A DNA stretch of 56,313 nt from positions 1-56,313 of the IMG/VR virus record IMGVR_UViG_3300031788_000018; one strand, 5' to 3'. Positions within the stretch are counted from its first letter, which is position 1, and every line of letters starts with the position of its first letter. The notes beneath the pieces are model-generated. The model made no database searches. It was not told the DNA's origin and saw nothing but the letters and a program-made list of their open reading frames with translations. Position numbers and translations under genes: made by a program. This stretch comes from a virus (taxonomy: Duplodnaviria > Caudoviricetes). Shown piece after piece: positions 52,897 through 56,313 of this stretch.

Positions 52897-53856
52897 CTAT
52901 TCCCATATGTTACTGAAATCAATTTGTCCCTTTGAATACTCAGATACGCGACTTGCGAAGAAATCCGAATGACTTGCTCCGCCCGATAGAATATCAAACC
53001 AGCTCATGCGTTCTAAGGCGGTCTTATCTATGTTTTTCCAATTAGCTTTTAATCCTAGATCGGTCAGTTTGGTATTAGTTCTAAATCTAATGAATGTTTT
53101 TAAATCTGCTTTAGTCAATCCTTCTATACTGCCAAGCTTGAAAGCTTTATCAATAAAAGTGTCTTCCAATTCAACAGTGAGACGTGCGGCATCGTATATC
53201 TTTTTCTTCAAATCATCAGTCCATAATTCTGGAAACTCTTTTATAAAAGTCCTAAAGAGCCAGCATCCGGCTTCGGAATGAAGTGATTCATCTTTTATAC
53301 TGAAAGCAATGATTTGTCCAACACCTTTTAACTTGTTGAATCTACTGAAATTAAGTAAAACAGCGAAGGAGCTAAATAGATTAACGCCTTCATTGAAGGC
53401 TGAGAATATAGCTAAACTTAATGCTATATCTTCTTTAGACTTACCCCTTGTTTCAATAAGCCTATCTATCTTAGCTTTAGCGCTTGGTTCATGTAGGAAA
53501 TCGTCGAAATCTTCTAGGCCCAGTGTTTGATTTAGGTAAGCGTAAGCAACGGCATGTATGCTTTCCATAGAAGCGAAAGAAGAAGCCATCATTTGTATTT
53601 CTGGTTTTTTAAACCATCTAAATACTTTTGTGGCCCAATAGTCTTGTATAAAAATCTCCGTAGATACGAAACCTTTTAAAATACTACCGATTACATGTTT
53701 TTCTGTTGGAGATAAATTGAGTTTCCAGTCATTTACATCGGAAGACATAGCTATTTCATAATGAAGCCAATGGCTTTTCTGTTGTAATTCCCAGAAGTTG
53801 AAAGCTTGGTCATATTCAAAAGGACTGTAGGTAATTCTAGGTGTCAATATACTCAT
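52897..53856 (-). CDS. nrdB: Class Ia ribonucleotide reductase, beta subunit
   Basis: MESIHA.AY, EGVNLFSSF, DESLH, DFFA.RV.EY. Confidence 0.95.
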   Translation of the reverse strand: MSILTPRITYSPFEYDQAFNFWELQQKSHWLHYEIAMSSDVNDWKLNLSPTEKHVIGSILKGFVSTEIFIQDYWATKVFRWFKKPEIQMMASSFASMESIHAVAYAYLNQTLGLEDFDDFLHEPSAKAKIDRLIETRGKSKEDIALSLAIFSAFNEGVNLFSSFAVLLNFSRFNKLKGVGQIIAFSIKDESLHSEAGCWLFRTFIKEFPELWTDDLKKKIYDAARLTVELEDTFIDKAFKLGSIEGLTKADLKTFIRFRTNTKLTDLGLKANWKNIDKTALERMSWFDILSGGASHSDFFASRVSEYSKGQIDFSNIWE

Positions 53857-53872
53857 GTTAACCCTCTAAGAT

Positions 53873-53901
53873 ATTATAGCATAATTCTAAATTAATGTCA
53901 A
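53873..53901 (-). promoter_or_regulatory. Consensus sigma70 promoter TTGACA-17-TATAAT
   Basis: Minus strand ttgaca ttaatttagaattatgc tataat. Confidence 0.8.
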
Positions 53902-55613
53902 GCTTCGCAAGCAACACACTCTTCTTTGGTCCTAGAAGCCAGGTCCCCTTGTATAACACCTTCAGATCTGCAATAATAAAGAGCTTTTAGACCTTTTTCC
54001 CATGCTGCCATATGGACTTCATGGATATACTTTGGATCGCTATTTGCAGCGAAAAAGAGATTGATTGACTGACCTTGGTCAATGAACTTCTGTCTTTGAG
54101 CCGCCTGATTGACGATGGCATGCTGATTGATTTCTCTAGCTGTTAAAAAGATCTCTTTTTGCTTTTTAGTTAAGAAATCAAAATGTTGTACACTACCCTG
54201 TTTACTATTGATAGATTTCCAAACTTCTGGAGTATTTTGATCAATAGATATCAATAGTTTTTCTAATTCAGCGTTCTTTTTAATGAAAGTACCCTTAGCG
54301 GATCGTTGGTTAAAGATGTTAGCAGCCCAAGGCTCAATTCCAGGGCTATGACCTCCTGAGATTATGGAGTTACTTACCGTAGGAGCTACGGCACATAGAT
54401 GTGTATTTCTTCTACCGAAACCTCGACACCATTCCGGTTCGCCTAATTCTTTGGCCATTATGGCTGTTTCTTTCTCAGCTCCGTCTCTGATCGTTTTGAA
54501 GATTTGAGCATTCAACATCATGGATTCGAAACTATCAAAAGGTAAACCTTTACTTTGCAATAGAGAATGCCATCCTAAAACCCCGATACCAACTGCTCGG
54601 CCTTTTATAGCTGATCTTCTGGATGCTTCGAGACCTGGTAAACCTGATGATTTGACTATGTATTCTTCTAACACGGCATCTAGGAATCTGGTAGCTATCT
54701 GTGGTAGATCTGTGTCTTTCCATTCGTCCCACCTCATCAGATTTAGTGAAGAAAGGCAGCATACAAAAGTATGTTCTGGATCGGTATACAGCATAATTTC
54801 ACTACATAGATTTGAGGTTACTACTTGTAGCTGATTATCAGTATAACACTCCGGATTTTGATTATTAACATTATCGGTAAAGAATAAGTATGGTTCGCCA
54901 GTTTCTACCCTAGTTTGAAGTATTTTTTGATAAGTTTGACGTTTTTCTACGTCTCCCTTTACCATCTCTTCCATCCAGTCATTTGTGATACAAACTGCGT
55001 GGTTTAGATTCAAACAACGCCTATTGATATCTCCGGTGGCTCTTCTGATATCCAGAAATTCGTCGATGTCCGCATGAACTACAGGTAAATACAAAGCGGC
55101 GCTGCCTCTTCTTACGTTTCCTTGGCTAATAGCTATTATTGTGCTATCAAATACTTTAGCCCAAGGAATGATGCCTTCGGAAGTTCCGTTACCGGAAATT
55201 AATGCACCTCGACCTCGAACATCACCCATATAGATGCCAACTCCGGCACCATGTTTTGACAGCATGGCTAGTTCATGTACTTTATCAAAAATTGAATCGA
55301 CACTATCATCTAAATGAAGTGTATCGCAAGAAATCGGTAATCCACGAGCAGTACCCATATTAGACATAACTGGAGAAGCTGGACATAGCCAGCCTTTCCA
55401 CATAACTTCGAAGAATCTATTTTCCCAATAGGGTGCGTTTTCACCATAATAGGATGCGGCAGCTTTTGAAACTCTGGCGTAAGCGCCACGGGGCGTTTCG
55501 CCTTTTAATAGATAACCTTTTGAAAGTGTAGAGAATCCTTCTATATCTAAGAAATCTGGGGCTTCACCTAAAGTTTTTAGTTCCATTAATTCTTCATGCT
55601 TAGTCATTTGCAT
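53898..55613 (-). CDS. nrdA: Class Ia ribonucleotide reductase, alpha subunit (no ATP cone)
   Basis: PISC, SNLCSEI, VCCLSSLNL, APTVS, IDQGQSIN, LYYCR, C-terminal CVACEA. Confidence 0.95.
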   Translation of the reverse strand: MQMTKHEELMELKTLGEAPDFLDIEGFSTLSKGYLLKGETPRGAYARVSKAAASYYGENAPYWENRFFEVMWKGWLCPASPVMSNMGTARGLPISCDTLHLDDSVDSIFDKVHELAMLSKHGAGVGIYMGDVRGRGALISGNGTSEGIIPWAKVFDSTIIAISQGNVRRGSAALYLPVVHADIDEFLDIRRATGDINRRCLNLNHAVCITNDWMEEMVKGDVEKRQTYQKILQTRVETGEPYLFFTDNVNNQNPECYTDNQLQVVTSNLCSEIMLYTDPEHTFVCCLSSLNLMRWDEWKDTDLPQIATRFLDAVLEEYIVKSSGLPGLEASRRSAIKGRAVGIGVLGWHSLLQSKGLPFDSFESMMLNAQIFKTIRDGAEKETAIMAKELGEPEWCRGFGRRNTHLCAVAPTVSNSIISGGHSPGIEPWAANIFNQRSAKGTFIKKNAELEKLLISIDQNTPEVWKSINSKQGSVQHFDFLTKKQKEIFLTAREINQHAIVNQAAQRQKFIDQGQSINLFFAANSDPKYIHEVHMAAWEKGLKALYYCRSEGVIQGDLASRTKEECVACEA

Positions 55614-55625
55614 ATCCTTAATTGG

Positions 55626-55919
55626 TCATTCTAGAGCGTCTGTGATATTTTTATTGAACTGACGTCTACGTTTTTCGGTTAACCACATCTCATGGAGATC
55701 TTTTATGGATAAATCTTTATTATTTTCCAGTAGTGTCCATATGAAATTGTGACGTTCCAACGATTCTATTTCTTCTGCTACAGCTAAAGGATCCTCCTGG
55801 TCTACAGTCTCGATATCTGCAAAGTCGCCATTAGGATTATTGAATGTGTTCGGATAATTATCGGCTATATATTTATTAAACTTATCAAACATATCATTTA
55901 GTGCATCATTCGGTTTCAT
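55626..55919 (-). CDS. Hypothetical protein with the conserved tail (RRRQFNKNITDALE), no HREDGPA repeat
   Basis: C-terminal motif. Confidence 0.75.
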   Translation of the reverse strand: MKPNDALNDMFDKFNKYIADNYPNTFNNPNGDFADIETVDQEDPLAVAEEIESLERHNFIWTLLENNKDLSIKDLHEMWLTEKRRRQFNKNITDALE

Positions 55920-56313
55920 TTAGAATATCCCCTAAATCTTTTAAACCTTCCATGATATTATCATTGAATTGACGGTTTCTAAGTTCTTGATTGTATGCTT
56001 CTTCTGTATATTCTACTCCATCTAGATAATATTCTTTAGTCCCATAGGGAGAGATGATCGCTGGACCGTCTTCACGGTGGAATTTATATAATTCTGACAT
56101 ATTATTATATGAGTCTAATTCCAAATCATATCCATACTCCCGCATGAAAGGTATTGGATCTTTAATCCATACTTTAACCCCGTGCGCATCGGTAAATGGG
56201 GTAAATTTATTTAATCTGTTCATAATAGCTTGATTTGAACCAAAGGCGGTGTTAAATATCTTGTCGTGAGCATCAACGAGCTCTGCAATGGCCGACGAAG
56301 CATCTAGATCCTG
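55906..56313 (-). CDS. HREDGPA-repeat protein with tail (LRNRQFNDNIMEGLK); 5' end lies beyond the window
   Basis: Frame stays open from the ORF-track start (56223) to the window edge. Confidence 0.75.
   Translation of the reverse strand, partial: QDLDASSAIAELVDAHDKIFNTAFGSNQAIMNRLNKFTPFTDAHGVKVWIKDPIPFMREYGYDLELDSYNNMSELYKFHREDGPAIISPYGTKEYYLDGVEYTEEAYNQELRNRQFNDNIMEGLKDLGDILNETE

Noticed and set aside
1-56313. Prophage or cellular origin, and host assignment
   Set aside because: No integrase, att site or host gene block; the iscA, clpP, tmk and nrd genes are embedded among phage genes. The host cannot be determined from the sequence by eye.

Overview
A 56 kb segment of a large, AT-rich, tailed dsDNA bacteriophage genome (myovirus/jumbo-like). 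No host housekeeping operons, rRNA, tRNA, CRISPR array or integrase were seen. The left third holds head morphogenesis genes (major capsid protein, His-rich scaffold, divergently transcribed prohead protease, neck protein), a DUF3494 ice-binding virion-type protein, a probable virion polyprotein (2H-phosphoesterase plus lytic transglycosylase), homing endonucleases and accessory genes (tmk, SbmA/BacA-like transporter, M15 peptidase, alliinase/TAA1-like PLP enzyme). The right two thirds is a minus-strand replication, recombination and nucleotide-metabolism region: IscA, CYTH, two ClpP-like proteases, primase, helicase, RecA, UvsY, SSB, a DnaE split by a trans-splicing intein, DnaQ, RuvC, SbcCD, AAA ATPases, dUTPase and NrdAB. 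The most striking unexplained structure is a family of 16 small dispersed ORFs that share a C-terminal tail, R-x-x-Q-F-N-x-x-I-x-E-A-L-K. Eleven carry 1-6 HREDGPA beta-hairpin repeats and five have unrelated bodies. The DNA of the tail end (GAGGCTyTAAAATGA) also serves as the RBS and start codon of the next gene. All functional calls come from motif recognition by eye; no database searches were run.
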